Below, one piece after another: positions 43,364-57,965 of a DNA stretch of 64,000 bases (the first letter of the stretch is position 1; each line of letters begins with the position of its first letter). The notes beneath the pieces are model-generated. The model was not told where the DNA came from. It searched no databases and saw nothing but the letters and a program-made list of their open reading frames with translations. Both the position numbers and the translations under genes were made by a program. This DNA comes from Octopus vulgaris (taxonomy: Eukaryota): positions 12,090,001 to 12,154,000 of the forward strand of contig OX597832.1 of the NCBI GenBank assembly GCA_951406725.2, in the 5' to 3' direction.

Positions 43364-43520
43364 TGTATATATATATATATGTATATATATATATACTGTG
43401 TATATATATATACGATTCAGCACTTGGGCGTGCTAGACTTTAATAAACCATCATCTCTATAAATTAAAAATTTGATAGGAAGAATTTTCATCGTTGAGTC
43501 CCTTACATATATATGTGTGA

Positions 43521-43581
<61 letters not shown>

Positions 43582-43583
43582 AA

Positions 43584-43667
<84 letters not shown>

Positions 43668-43723
43668 TGTATATATGTCTGTATATATATGTATATATAT
43701 ATATATCTATATATATATATATG

Positions 43724-43799
<76 letters not shown>

Positions 43800-43800
43800 T

Positions 43801-43860
<60 letters not shown>
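43137..43860 (+). repeat. Tandem duplication of a unique+(CT)n+(TA)n unit
   Basis: tgctagactttaataaaccatcatctctata...agtcccttacatatatatgtg..gatctctctc..ctaaatgtctata at about 43157 and 43430. Confidence 0.8.
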
Positions 43861-43861
<1 letters not shown>

Positions 43862-44762
43862 TATTTATCTATTTATCTTCATTCTTTTACATTCCTCAGC
43901 CCAAAGGCTGTGGACATACTGGGGAATCGCCATATATAAAATAAACATATACACACCTACATGTATACATATACACACGATTACGCACTCACTCATGCAT
44001 GCATAAATATATGCATACAGAATTCATACGAATAAATTAAAGGGAATTATAATATTTTATAAATGAGTTGTTGGGAGATATTGTAAAGCTGATTTTTGCA
44101 ATGACATCATAATGTCTGTTGACTCAGCTATATGTTAGTCTGCTCTCGAAACTCTCTGTATCATTGCAATTCAACACATGAGATATTTTGACGTAGAAGT
44201 CTTTGCTCGCTTACTTAAATAAACCAGCAAGATGACATGTCTTCTAAATGATATTGAAACTCTGTCTGCAATGGTTTTAGCTTTGACGGGGTGTGGTGGG
44301 ACGTAGTTGGTTGTCTACAATGTTAGACAACCAAAAATCAGTAATATGACAATTTAATAATTCTATCTGTTCCTCACAAAATTTGGCCCTGTTCCGAATG
44401 AAACCAAACATTTTGTTGGACACTTTCCATCTGTCAATTTGAATATTGTCGGATAAATTGATTTTGTCAGGACCTTCAACGTAACATTTCAGTCCTGTTT
44501 AGTAACCTAAATATAATTCGTTACTCATAGTTTGACAAATACGGATTTCATTACACTTCTGTACTTAGATGCACACTTTTATTCATACATACCGGCACAC
44601 ATACAGAGAAGCAACACAATCTACAAAAATATGGAATCTATATATAAATGAAGATATACATATGCAAGTCCGTATGTGTGTTTCTTCACATGTGTGTACA
44701 TCTGTATATAATGCATATGCACGCACACACACGACATAAACACACACGCATATAAAATTATG

Positions 44763-44800
<38 letters not shown>

Positions 44801-44804
44801 ACAT

Positions 44805-44837
<33 letters not shown>

Positions 44838-45145
44838 ATTCTTTTACTTGTTTCAGTCATTTGACTGAACAAATCGACAAATCGACCCAAGGACTTATTC
44901 TTGTATGCCTAATAGCTATTCCATCGGTCTATTTGCCGAAATGCTATATTACGAGGACGTAAGCATACCGACATCGGTTGTCAAGCGATTGTGGGGCCAA
45001 ACACAAACATACATACGCTCTCTCTATCTCACACACATACACACACAAACACACTTGTATATATACGACAGGCTATCAAATCTACTCACAAGAATTTGGT
45101 CGGTCGTCAGCTACAGTCGAAGACAATTGCGCAAGGTGCCACACA
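44838..45145 (-). mobile_element. SINE family A, truncated
   Basis: ttcttttacttgtttcagtcatttgactg...aatcgacccaaggacttattc...tttgccgaa...atcggttgtcaagcgat...caaggtgccac. Confidence 0.8.
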
Positions 45146-46032
45146 TAAAGAAAGCAACAAATGATAATAAAACATTCGGACAGGTAGACGATACGAAAAC
45201 GGACTGGAAAAAACACGAACAGGTCATATATATAGAATGAAAACTTATGAACCGGGGACGAACTGAATCCCACTAGGCCTTATCCTCGCCCTGTCATGCC
45301 AGGAAACAGTTTTTCTACACCTTATCTAGTCATAAACTGGTGATTCTGTTCATCCACGTTCGGTTCAGGCACATGATGTTGAAAAGTCACACAAGTGACG
45401 AAATATCAGAATCCACGATTCCTGGATTCGATCAGAGGTGAGATGGCTATCCTTCTTCTGACTTTCACCTGTGATTATGATTCAGTCGACATCATTAGCG
45501 TTATAACGCAGCGATCCGGCGAACAAAGAAGCACATATATTGAGTATGTATAGCTGATAATGTTTACGACACTAGTGCAGATTCTGATTGGTTACGAATT
45601 TAATCTTACGTATGTATATATAGAAGAGTGTATTTTTACCTTGTTAACAATTAACACGGAAAAAAAAATAAATAGTTACGAGGACAGCAAAAATCTCACA
45701 AGTAAAGGTGTTGTAACTCCTTGTTTATAAAGGTAGAAACTTCGTGTTTACGTTGAATATTTGATTACACCTGCGTTAATTCCATTTTTTATTCATATAT
45801 ATATATATATATATATACACGTACATACATCATGAAATCAAAATCGGCATAATAGATATTTTATTTTACAGTTAATCACAACTTTTATATTGGATTTGCC
45901 AAGTATAGTACATTTTAACTAACTGGAGTTCATCTACATTCTCTGTCGTTAGCCAACATTGATAACAGAAAAAACGAACATGGCATCCGCTAGGATTATA
46001 TATCCTTCTTCTCCACATGGAAACTCACTTTG

Positions 46033-46077
<45 letters not shown>

Positions 46078-46090
46078 GATAGAGAGATTG

Positions 46091-46111
46091 AGAGTTAGTG
46101 TTTGTGATAGG

Positions 46112-46198
<87 letters not shown>

Positions 46199-46739
46199 CA
46201 TAGATATAGATACGCAGGCCTAAACGCATGTGTGCATGCAAGTACGTATATATATATATACGTATATATATATACGTATATATGCATGTGCGTATGCATG
46301 AATATTGAACGCTCAAAAATAAAATACGAAAATAGTATTCGGAGTTTTTGATACCTTTTCACCCGGTGGTATGTAAGTATTCATAACATTATATACACCA
46401 TTAGATTTGGTCTACATACGCTTTCCATGGTAGTGTATTGAAGACACTGCTTTAAAACAAATAATCACTACTATGTACTGAAGCTTAACAGACATTACTT
46501 GAATCTTATACATAGCGAATAATATTTAGAATGAAATACTGTCTTTTATATTTTTCAAGATTTTGGGCTACGTGTTCAGTATAGTATTAAATGAAAGGAA
46601 CAGTTTACCAAATACATAACTTTTAACTGGTCTGCATACGTTCGGTTTGTGATAATTCATGTATACTAGAATGAATCCATGATGCGGAAATTGTTGCAGC
46701 AGTATATATGTGTGTGCGTACGCGTGTGTATTTGTGTGC

Positions 46740-46794
<55 letters not shown>

Positions 46795-46914
46795 TACATA
46801 CATACATATATATATATGTATACATATGTACATATATATATATATATATATATATGTATACATGTATACATATGTATATATATATATATATATATGTATA
46901 CATGTATACATATG

Positions 46915-47004
<90 letters not shown>

Positions 47005-47067
47005 TTATATATGCATAATGTATCATTGAGCATATATAAGCATATTTTTTATGTTGTGAATATTCGT

Positions 47068-47121
<54 letters not shown>

Positions 47122-47134
47122 ACATGTGTACATA

Positions 47135-47180
<46 letters not shown>
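46091..47180. repeat. (GATA)n and long (TA)n/(TACA) microsatellite blocks
   Basis: Seen directly; unique spacer at about 46300-46700. Confidence 0.85.
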
Positions 47181-47466
47181 AACTCCCACATTTACTTATA
47201 CACTCACACATGTATGTTGGGAATATTTAGTCTATATGTTTCTTGGTATGTATTGAAACTTAGTATTCCAACAATGCTTGCATATTTGACTGCTTTTGTT
47301 TGTAGTTTCATTTTCAGTTACACAGAGAATTGCGCAGAAATGCTTTTCAAGTGGTTTGCCAAAGAGTTGCTGATTTCCTTCTGTGTAACTATGCAGAAAA
47401 GTTGTCAGAATCATGTGCTGAAACTATCGTAAAATATATGATGAGCCAACATTTTAGCTGGATATA

Positions 47467-47509
<43 letters not shown>

Positions 47510-48699
47510 TTTAGTCTATTTAATTTTCACTTTCTTTTCGATTTTGTTAACGTGAGATTTGAAGCGAAGAAATATAACTAGAAACTTACTAACAACAAGA
47601 ACTATAACAACTTAGAGTTAGGTTAATAAAAAGAAAGCTGTAACATCGGACTTACATTGTTTATTTCTTCTCTTTTGCTTCCTATTTTATTGCAATATCA
47701 ACGAAGAACAAGAACTAGAGAAAACCTAAGTAGTGAAAAAATAGAAAATAGTTGAAAATGGCGGAAAGTAAAAGTGTAAAAAAAAAAATAAAGAGAGGGA
47801 TGGAAGAATGAATATACGCTCGTCTGATTATTAACAGGAGTGTAGACAAACGATGCTCCTTGGAGAATGTTGATTGGCTGAAAATAAATACCTTTGAAAT
47901 GTCCGTGGTGACTATTTGTCTTGTGTCAGACAACTACAGAAACTGTACGAATCAATTCAGGCATAAAACAGAAGCAGACGAGAAATGGTGGGGAAATACG
48001 CTTAATGAGCTTCCTTGTGTTTTTGAAAGTCTGCTTGCTTCGAGGCTTTAGGTTTTTTTTGTTGTTTTTTTTTACCTATTTTTTGTTTCTTTTTCGCCTT
48101 TTTTTTTTTCAGATGAATGGAATTTTAGAAGTTAACAATGTACAAGCAGCATGCTGAAGGACTAGTAGAAACTTCTACTACGATTACTCATCCTAACTTA
48201 ATTGTAAATTAAATATGGTTGAGTGACATGTTGCTTGTGAGGCAAAAAGTTTAAAATGTACTACAACGTAACAACTAAACTAAAACAAAATACAAGCAAG
48301 CTAAATATAAGAAATTGTTAACTACGCACGGTCAAATTATTGGACAACGTGTGTATAATGCTTCGATCGCATTTCAATTGTAATTTTCATTTCCATTGTT
48401 TTTTGTATTTTTTTGTTATTCTTTATAAAAGTAAGGTTCTCCAGACACGCTCAATGTTCCATGAAGAAAATGTCATTTCTTAAGTGATCTACTAAAAGTG
48501 AATGTCACCAAGCAATTACCATGTGGATAAATTACTATTGGAGCATATTAAATCATAAAGAATGTATACCCGTTCTTCTCTGTTATTTGCTTACTTCGTA
48601 TATCAGGCAAGGCAATCTGAGTGAGCGGCATGCATGCATGTACGTATGTATGTCTGTATCTGTGTGTGTATATGCGTGTGTATATGTGTGTGTGTAAGT

Positions 48700-49550
48700 T
48701 CAGAGAGTGGTACTGGTTGACCGAGCTGGCTGTCAGATGTCGCTTTAATACACTGGCCACAGCATTTAGACTGTTCCGTTCTTGTCCTCGAGCTCCCATT
48801 ATTCTCTTTATATTGTCAATCGATCTAAGAAGAGGCCTTCCCTGAGGTTGTTCCGCTCACGCGGATGCCACTCGATAGCTGCATGGATTGATAATACCTT
48901 TCAATCTAGTTCTTTCGCCGATCTGCTCATTTCGGATGTGATCTCTTAAGGATCTGATCTCTCCCACCATCGACATTTCCAAGGATCTTTATGCCTTTGT
49001 TAATCGCTGTTTTTCCCTCCTCGCCGGTGGCCATGTGTCACTTGCGAAAAACATTGTAGGTAGAAACATTTTGTGGAAGATGCTTGCTCGAGTGGCTTTG
49101 TCGAGTTTTGCTTTCAGAGCATCATTTGCTGAGCTAAAATCTCTCTAGCCTGATCTTGTTCTCTGCAAAATCCCATTCATATCGTGTCCCATGGTTATGA
49201 CTTGGCCACGATATACATAACTTTCCATCTCCTCGATTTCATCGCCTCGAAACACAACTTGACTGGGTTTCATGTCTTCTTAGCGCATGTACATCGTTTC
49301 CGCATGAGTGATCTTCAGGCCGACTGCCAAAACTCTAGTGTTCAGCTCTGCATGGTCTGTAACTCACGGGTACTTTCTTCGATGAGCGTAATGTCATCTG
49401 CGAACTGGAAGTTGTTGAGCAGCTTGACGTTAATCCGCATGCTACGTCCCAGTTGATATCTCTCTCAGGCTACGGAGACAAGGTACAACCTTGTTTGATT
49501 CACTTCTGGACCGAGATTACCAACAGTGATGATAACAAGGCTACATTCGT
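48700..49550 (-). mobile_element. Decayed RTE-clade LINE reverse transcriptase fragment
   Basis: Minus-strand translation gives IKQGCTLSP, INVKLLNNFQFADDITLI, AVGLKI and EIEEMESYVYRGQVI (RT motifs QG..LSP, FADD, YLGQ-like) with stops and frameshifts. Confidence 0.85.
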
Positions 49551-49591
49551 CGTGCATCGTGACTTTATATATATATATGCATGCATACATA

Positions 49592-49817
49592 CAAAGGGAG
49601 TGCTAAATTGTTCATGGCTTTGGGCAAAAGAAGACAGAGAGAGATAAGAGGATCAGTGAATTTTCATTTTATTCAACGTATACCCTTCTTAAATTGACAC
49701 ACTTATTGTAGCGGTCCTTCAGTTTTTTTTAAGCCCTGTAAAAGAACTGGGAAGTTTGGGCCTCCAACTAGGTTTTCGCGATACAGTTAAAGCCAGGAAC
49801 TTTTCAGCAACCTCTCA
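49592..49817. mobile_element. Tc1/mariner-type MITE
   Basis: Imperfect TIRs TA|caaagggagtgctaaattgttcatggcttt and aaagccaggaacttttcagcaacctctca|TA; TA target duplication. Confidence 0.75.
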
Positions 49818-51676
49818 TACATACATGTAAACATACATCGCATTGAGCTACATGTATCATCATCGTTGATGTTCTAATGATCTCATGTGGTGAGAACATA
49901 CCTATAATATTGCCACGCTATCGTTAGAGAAGAGTTCCAGTTCCAGGCAATTGTTAATTGAATATAATATATAGATGTATTGCCCATCAGAGTAATAATC
50001 ACGTACTTGTAGCAAGTGTGTGATCATTCATTCATTCATTCATACAAATGAAGCTCACATCCAGTGAAGGAAACTAATTAACGTGTGAGTCTTCACTCAC
50101 AATAAATCTACAATACATTATTTTTGCTGTAACAAAACTGTTTCCACTTTTACGTACAAGCACACACTGCTAAGCTTATTAAGTAAAGGGTAAAGGTATA
50201 ATATCGCTGACAACAAATATAATATTTTCGTCTTACTCATTGGCCGATATTAGTCATAACACATAATACTAACTGAATAATGATGCCGCGCTAGGTGGAG
50301 ATAACTGGGCATTTTGTCTTGTAAACTTGATTCTAGTAGCAGAATGAAGAGAATCACTGTTAAGTAAATCGCCATGTTCAAGGACAAAATATACCCCTAG
50401 AACGAGATATGAACTTACAATCTCACGATGGTAATCCTTTTACAAACTTTTAGCCAACATGTTTCCTCTAACCCTTCTCAATTCACTCGCAAATACACTT
50501 GTCATAATTTACGATGCGTTGTTGATACTTTTATTACGACTACTGCTGGCGTGTTCCTTACTTCCATTTCAACCCTGGCTCACTAAGTCTGCGTTTGAAG
50601 GATTTGTAGCTATGCGATCTCTTCCTTTCATCAAGTAATGCTTGCATCTGCATCTGGTAATTTAATTTATCACATACGCCGTCTTCTCAAAACCAGTAGG
50701 AGGTAGTTTGAGGACGAGTTGATAGGCTGATATATCTAGCATAGTGAGTTACAACTTACAGGTTCACTTATTAGTATATATATAATCTTGTTGCCTAGAT
50801 ATCTCACATACTCCACGAAAATTGTTCATGAAATACCCCGAAGGTTTGAGCATCTATGAAACTTGCTTAATCTTAACATATTTCTTCCTACAAAAATAGG
50901 CCAACAGAAGTTTAGGCTACACAGCAACTGCCAAGAACTTACTATATTATAGCGAGTAGACTGCATTGAAGGAATATTGCTCTTCTACAACGGATTACAT
51001 CATACATTAAATTGAAGTCAATGAAACAGAGAAGAGATTACGTTTTCGCAGTGATGTTACAAAATTATGCTTCACAGCTAAGTTAATTACCAGTATTTTC
51101 TCTTTGCTTGTCTTAACAATAAACAACTTTTTATATTCCTTTGACGACCGGATGCCTTTAGATACAAAACGCCTTTGGTATCTCGCGCAGAAAAATACGT
51201 ATATGTAAGCAACTTCAAGTAGAGCTTCTTGAGTTTCTTTTCACCAACATCGCTGGATTGATGTAAACATGGCGTCCAGTTAAAATAAACGAAACTGTAT
51301 TATATAAACGTTCATCACTGAAGCATCTGCTTATTAGCTTATTTACTGCTGACACTTGAACGTTGATATAACGAAATACCTCTTTGACGTTTAGTTCAGA
51401 TTTATAAAGAAACCATGTTTGAGATGGTGGACTCCTCTCGTTTACAATGATACATATATACACACAGACACACAGCCATACACACATACATATACATATA
51501 AACATATGACCTATAAGTGTATGTATGTATATATGTATGTATATATGTAGTATATATATGTATGTATATGTATATATATATATATATATGTATGTATATA
51601 TATATATATATGTATGTATATATATGTATATATATATATGTATATATATGTATGTATATATATATGTATATATGTA

Positions 51677-51716
<40 letters not shown>

Positions 51717-51799
51717 CATACATACTCTTAGCTGTACAATACAAACGGATACACACACGCATACATACACGCATATGCACACACACAAACACTTATATT

Positions 51800-53790
51800 T
51801 GTAGGTGGAATAAACATCAGAGATGTTGCTTTAGCCCATGCAGAATCTGCAGGAGCTACTTCAAAGCTCATCTAAATTAATGCAATGCTGGAAAACTCTA
51901 CATATCGCAGCAGGCATCTTAGAGTCACGAATGTTTTGCTCCTTAGACCGTCTCAGTGAGACTGCGAGGACTGAAGTTGTATTCGTCTTCGGAAAGATTC
52001 CGCATGAAATTTCCTGTCGATCATACCCACCTTGAGATAATCTCAGCTGCCGTGCCTATCTTCTTGATGCGTTTTACTGTTATCTACTTACAGACATATC
52101 TTCTGTGGGAAATAGCGTAGTAACAGGTGAAAGCTATGGTAGCCGAATCCAAGGGGAAGCAACGCCACATGCCATCTCCTGACAAGGGCCTCGTCAACTT
52201 GGTCCTAATATTTCGATCGGTTTACTTGGTGGAAGATATCCGGTCTGTTCTCCTAGAATACTGTGGGTCAACTGCGATGGTTGTTTTTGTAATCCTGGAA
52301 AGTAGGAATGTATCTGGACGCAGTGATGTTACCACTATGCAAATCTTAGTCTGCGGTTGAACGCAAAATAGGGAACGGGCCCCTCCTCCGTTTGTCAGCT
52401 TTGTTTTAAGAATATTCAGACTCCGAGATTTCGCTGAGTTGAACATCAGGCGTGACCATTTACCATCCTTTTCAGTGAGCACAATGTCTACCGTGTCCCT
52501 TCAATTGATGGTGTCACAACCGATGTGCCTCACGTGAAAGCCCTGCAAATAGGATCTCCTGTTATTCCTTCAGTCTCGAGACCTTTCGTCTGCTTTTTTG
52601 CTACGAATAGCATTAAGTTTATAGTTGTTACAAAAAGCGCCAGAGAACTTGAGCATCATGCACACTGACCCTTTGTAATTGCTTCCACTTAAATTTGAAA
52701 TTTCCCACGGAGAACCTCACCCCCAGTGGACTTATGTAGGGTATTATAAGTCTGATTACTTTTGTTGGTAATTGGTAGTTCTCCAATTCATTCTGAAGAA
52801 TTGGCTATGGTTTCATAATATCCAACCATACAACGGAAAGGAATGTTTTTATTCCTTCTTGCTTCCTAAGTGACATGGTTGATTACTGATGTGTTCTCGT
52901 CATGTTTGGACGCCCGTATGAATTTTCAATTATTGGCAATAATGGCCCACAAGATCTTCCCTTAAACGTCTGAAATAAGGATCTTTCGAAATGGATCAAA
53001 TTTCGCCGAGTTTTCTTCTGCTCTTGGGACAAAAGAGCTTCATACGAATGTTTCGAGTCAGAGCTCCTGCTTCTTCCAGTTTAAAAGTTCAATAGTTTTG
53101 CTTGCCTCCTTAACAGTTGTAGGCATTTTCTTAAAAAATTATATACGTGGGCCCTAGAGCAGAACCCGGATGAATTTTTCTAGCACTGTCCTTACTTAAC
53201 CGAAAATGAAGTCTAGAGAGGAAGTGGAGTTTGAGCGTTGAGAATGGAAAAGGATAATCTTTTAATGGAATGTCTCTTCTCAGGTTGCCATTCACTGCTT
53301 TTACACTGCTCTTCACGGCTTCTTTTGAACATAATCCTCCTCCAGCATTTGGCTTTCCGAGGAGGTCTGCTGAGAACTGATATGGGTTGTTAAAAAGGCC
53401 TTCTTCTGCCTCCGATTCTCTCTCTGTTTTCTTTTCCCATATGACTCTGTTCTACGAAGCCGGTGCAGATCTATTCGTTACTCCATAGTATGTTGGCTTG
53501 AAGCCAGTTTCCTTCCTCCATCAGTTTCTCCCCACTGTTTCTCCAGTTACCTTAGATCTTCCCTCAATGCTGCCACCTGCGTTGCCTCTTGCTAAGGCCA
53601 TTCTGTATGTTAATTTCTCTTTAATTAACACCAATGGTATCTTCGCATGATTGGTATACCACTTGCGTCATGCATCTTGTACGGTGACGTCACCCTTCAG
53701 AGTATTATACAGGAAGTTTTTCAAGTATTTGTCCAAACTGCGTCTATTTCGGATCCGTCGCTGATGGCAATTTCAGTCTTGGTTTCTATA
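51800..53790 (-). mobile_element. Decayed HERO-like (R2 group, RLE endonuclease) non-LTR retrotransposon with internal deletion
   Basis: Minus-strand pieces RPRLKLPSA..LDKYL...TLKGDV, NNPYQFSADLLGK...CSKEAV, ARKIHPGSALGP, FVPRAEENSAKFDPFRKILISDV*GKILWAII, TSLRPDTFLLSRITKT and FHQVNRSKY*DQVDEALVRRWHVALLPLGFGY match HERO pre-RT, RT-start and PD-(D/E)xK RLE motifs. Confidence 0.75.
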
Positions 53791-55299
53791 CGAAAAATAT
53801 ACTACAAAATAAGATTATGATTTGGTGGGAATTAAACCGGGTGAAATCACGTTTCTTTTGACGAACTTATTGCCGCGGTTACGTTTTCAAAGGTATGTGA
53901 GCGGGTGCACATATGCGTGTGTGTATTTGTGTGTATGGGGTGGGTGGGTAGAAACGTTCGTATATTTACACGATAAAGATTTTCCTATTCCGCTCTGTCA
54001 AATCAGAACGAAATTGATATGTGATACACCTTCTAAGGTCTATGTATCAAGCCATAAATGAATCTTCAGGAAATATAAATATGAAAAGAAGATCAGCCAA
54101 CTAAAATTAAGATGTATCTTTGAGATATTTTCAGTAAACTTACACTAGTTATATTTTAAAATGTTATTTGGTTTATATTTTTCGAACTTTGATTTTATTT
54201 CACTTTACGATTTTAAGGAAATTAGGAAAGTACATAACACCTTCTAGTCAAAAAATCAGCAAGGAAAAAAAAAAGAGAGAGAGATACAATTTGCCAAGAC
54301 GGAAAAGCTACGAAGCTATTGAATGCGATAAAATGAAAAGGGAAGATAAGAGCTTTTAGAGAAGATATACGCAGGAATATATCTCATGCTAATAAGATTT
54401 CAGAAACAAAATTATTGCCTCCGAGATAGTATAGAAAATATACAATTATGGAAAGTAGTGATATATATGCATCTGAGGAATGTATTTGAACTACATCATA
54501 AATATATACATATATACATGTGTATAAATGTATATGTGTATATATGTATTCATACATATATATACATATACACACACAAACATAGGTAAACATAGGTATA
54601 ACAATTTATGTGTCTATGCGTGTATGTATGTTTATATTATATACGTATGTATGAATGTATGCATGTATATGTACATATGTATGTGTATTTGCGTATGTAT
54701 ATATATATATATACATATACAAAGAGAGCGAACAGACAGTCGTATATAGATATGTATGTCTGTGCGTGGGTACGTGTGTATGTTTTTATAACTATATATG
54801 TTTATAACCAGATATTTTTAGGGATATATACTAAATAAATATATTAGCCAATATAGCAGCTTCTATATATGATTTCTTTTAATTGCTCATACATCTTTGC
54901 CGTTCCAGTACCCAAAATAGTCGCAAACACACATATACACAAATACGAATCTACGCAGGAGAGGGTGCGAAAGTATGTTGAAGCGCGCCTATATATATAT
55001 ATATATATATATGCATGTAAGTAAATGCGTATCTAAAAATATATATGTGGTGGGGTGGGTGGGGGTATAATATCTTTCTGTGTATGTGTGTGAGAAGAGA
55101 ATGGACCGTGGGAGAAATAAATACTGCAAGATCGAATAAATGTATGATTTTCCACACGTTATACGGAAAACTGAACCTCACAGACTTCCATGTGTGCAAA
55201 AGGCCCTAAATAAATTCTGGTGCATAGGTATACACATATACATACACTCATGTCTATACATATGCATCATGCAACCGTGCGTATATATGTATATGTATG

Positions 55300-55368
<69 letters not shown>

Positions 55369-55953
55369 CAGCTTGTAAGTAAGTATATATCTAAATTCTG
55401 TACACCTGTCTTCTTTCTTTCCTATATTTCACGCTTAACTCTCTCACTTTCTTCGTATTCTCTTCCCATTTTTCTTTTTCTCGCTCACCCTCTCACATTT
55501 CTTTGCATTCTCTTTCTTTCATCTATCTACTTTCCCCTGTTATCTACCTTGTACATTTTCCTCTGCCCCCACCTCGCTCTCAATCTAGTTCCGTCCTTAA
55601 TACTTCAATCCATCTGCTCGCTACCTCACTCTGTTCCTCCCACGTGTTTGGTACTCGGCCAAACATGATCATTCTTTCTTGGCCTGACCGCCGCTCGCAC
55701 AACACTTTATTTTCCTGTCTCCCAACTTCAACCTATGTTACCTGCCGTAAGGCTTCCACATTACACGCCAACTTAACTTAACTTGTCCTTTTTGTCGAAA
55801 GACACCTGTTGTTATTCCTGTTTGCATTTGTAATCTTCTAAAATTTTTCCAGTAGGTACTTACTATGTCTTTTGATTAATTTTAATCCTTCAGCTATTTA
55901 ATGCTCTTTCGGTGGCCTGCAATCACCTATATTATTGATTCTGTTATTATCGT

Positions 55954-56294
55954 GTGAAGGCGCATGGCTCAGTGGCTAGAGCGTCGAGCTTACCATCGTG
56001 AGGTTGTTAGCTCGAATCCCGGACCGGGCTGCGTGTTGTGTCCTTGAGCAAGGCACTTTATTTCACGCTGCTCCAGTTCACTCAGCTGTAGAAATGAGTT
56101 GCGACGTCACTGGTGCCAAGCTATATCGACCTTTGTCTTTCCCTTGGATAACACTGGTGGCGTGGAGAGGAGAGGCTGGTATGCATGGGCGACTGCTGGT
56201 CTTCCATAAACAACCTCGCCCGGACTTGTGTCTAGGAGGGTAACTTTCTAGGTGCAATCCCACGGTCTGTGTCGTGACCGAAGGGGGTCTCCGA
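55954..56294 (+). mobile_element. SINE family C, full length (tRNA-derived, CORE-like)
   Basis: A box tggctcagtgg (55965-75), B-box-like gctcgaatccc (56010-20), CORE-like gtccttgagcaaggcacttt...ctcagctgtagaaatg; possible TSD attatcgt at 55946-53 and 56295-302. Confidence 0.85.
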
Positions 56295-56614
56295 ATTATC
56301 GTTTTCAAGTTGTTACAAAAGATAATAACGGAGTTAATAGTATCGTCGCAAATTATCTTTTCGTGAATTATTTGCTCCGTATTGAAATATATGTATATAT
56401 ATTTATAATCTAGCAAACACAAAGGTCCACATTATTTTCATCTCGCCGACACGTACATGCTCACACACTCGGTCTCATTCACACATGCGCACGCACCGTT
56501 CTCACACACAGACGCGCGTTTCGCAACTTAATTTTTGGGGTTACTCTAATTATTATTATCGCCTTTACATTCAGACTCTTTTTTCTAGCCATTGCATCAT
56601 TTTGAACCGTTAAT

Positions 56615-56800
56615 CTTTTTCTTTTAATCTTTTTATTTGTTTCAGTCATTTGACTGCCGCCATGCTAGAGCACCGCCTTTAGTCGAACAAATCGACCCCA
56701 GAACTTATTCTTTGTAAGACTAGTACTTATCCTATCGGTATATTTGTCTGTACCGACATCGATTGTCAAGCGATGGTGTGAGCAAACAAACACGCACATA
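56615..56800 (-). mobile_element. SINE family A, 3' part
   Basis: tttcagtcatttgactgccgccatgctagagcaccgcctttagtcgaacaaatcgacccc. Confidence 0.85.
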
Positions 56801-56807
56801 TAGATAT

Positions 56808-56847
<40 letters not shown>

Positions 56848-56849
56848 AA

Positions 56850-57087
56850 TATTAGGGAATAAATCCAAATTTACAGGGAAAAATCAGATTTAGGATTAAA
56901 TCCAATTTTATAGTAAAATATTATATAATATAATTAAAACAGATTAGGAGATCGAAAATCCACCTGACGAATGTCATTGAAGACATGAAACGATTGTAGT
57001 GGCGGTTTATTTCTTTATATTAAAATTTTAATGTATTGATTAAGTCTTTCCTTGTTTGTTTTGCAAAATAGTGGTTTTGTTTCGAAT

Positions 57088-57100
<13 letters not shown>
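56850..57100. mobile_element. Penelope-type short element between (TA)n tracts
   Basis: Hosts the hammerhead below; 14-bp inverted repeat tatataatataatt (56922-35) and aattatattatata (57086-99). Confidence 0.5.
56960..57002 (+). ncRNA. Type I hammerhead ribozyme (minimal)
   Basis: Stem I ccac/gtgg; core CTGACGA; stem II atgtc-attgaa-gacat; GAAA; stem III ac-gatt-gt; cleavage triplet GTA ending at 56998. Confidence 0.75.
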
Positions 57101-57118
<18 letters not shown>

Positions 57119-57544
57119 CTTAAACATATCACAGGAAATGAAAATTAATTAAAATTTTCATTTCCAGTGGCCTAACGTGTAAAAATTTAGTCCAAAGACT
57201 ATGTATTATTCACAATATGCAGTGTACATTTAAACACATAAGGAATCCACTCGTAGGATTCAACACGCTAGAAAGAACAGCTAGGTTCTTTGGATAATTT
57301 TTCCGTTTTAAACTTTTTCATTTAATGTAAACAATATTGCTGAACCGCAAGCAGACCAACATCCTGAATCCAGTGAGGGCTCCTTGTTTATAAAAAAATA
57401 ACAACAGATAACATCTCCCACCCGACCCAAGACAAGAAAGTCTTACTTTGTAGCAGCTTCGTTTGGCAGGCTAAACACTGCCGGCTATCTTCTTCAGTAC
57501 ACAACACAATGACGCATGCGTACGCTGACAACAGAGACTTATGG

Positions 57545-57591
57545 GAAGTAGGTTAGCAAGCTACTTACCCCACAGCCACTCCTGCGCCTAG
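57545..57591 (-). mobile_element. SINE family A head fragment
   Basis: Reverse complement aggcgcaggagtggctgtggggtaagtagcttgctaacc. Confidence 0.7.

Positions 57592-57965
<374 letters not shown>

Noticed and set aside
55960-56030. tRNA gene
   Set aside because: A/B boxes run directly into a SINE body, so it is a SINE head
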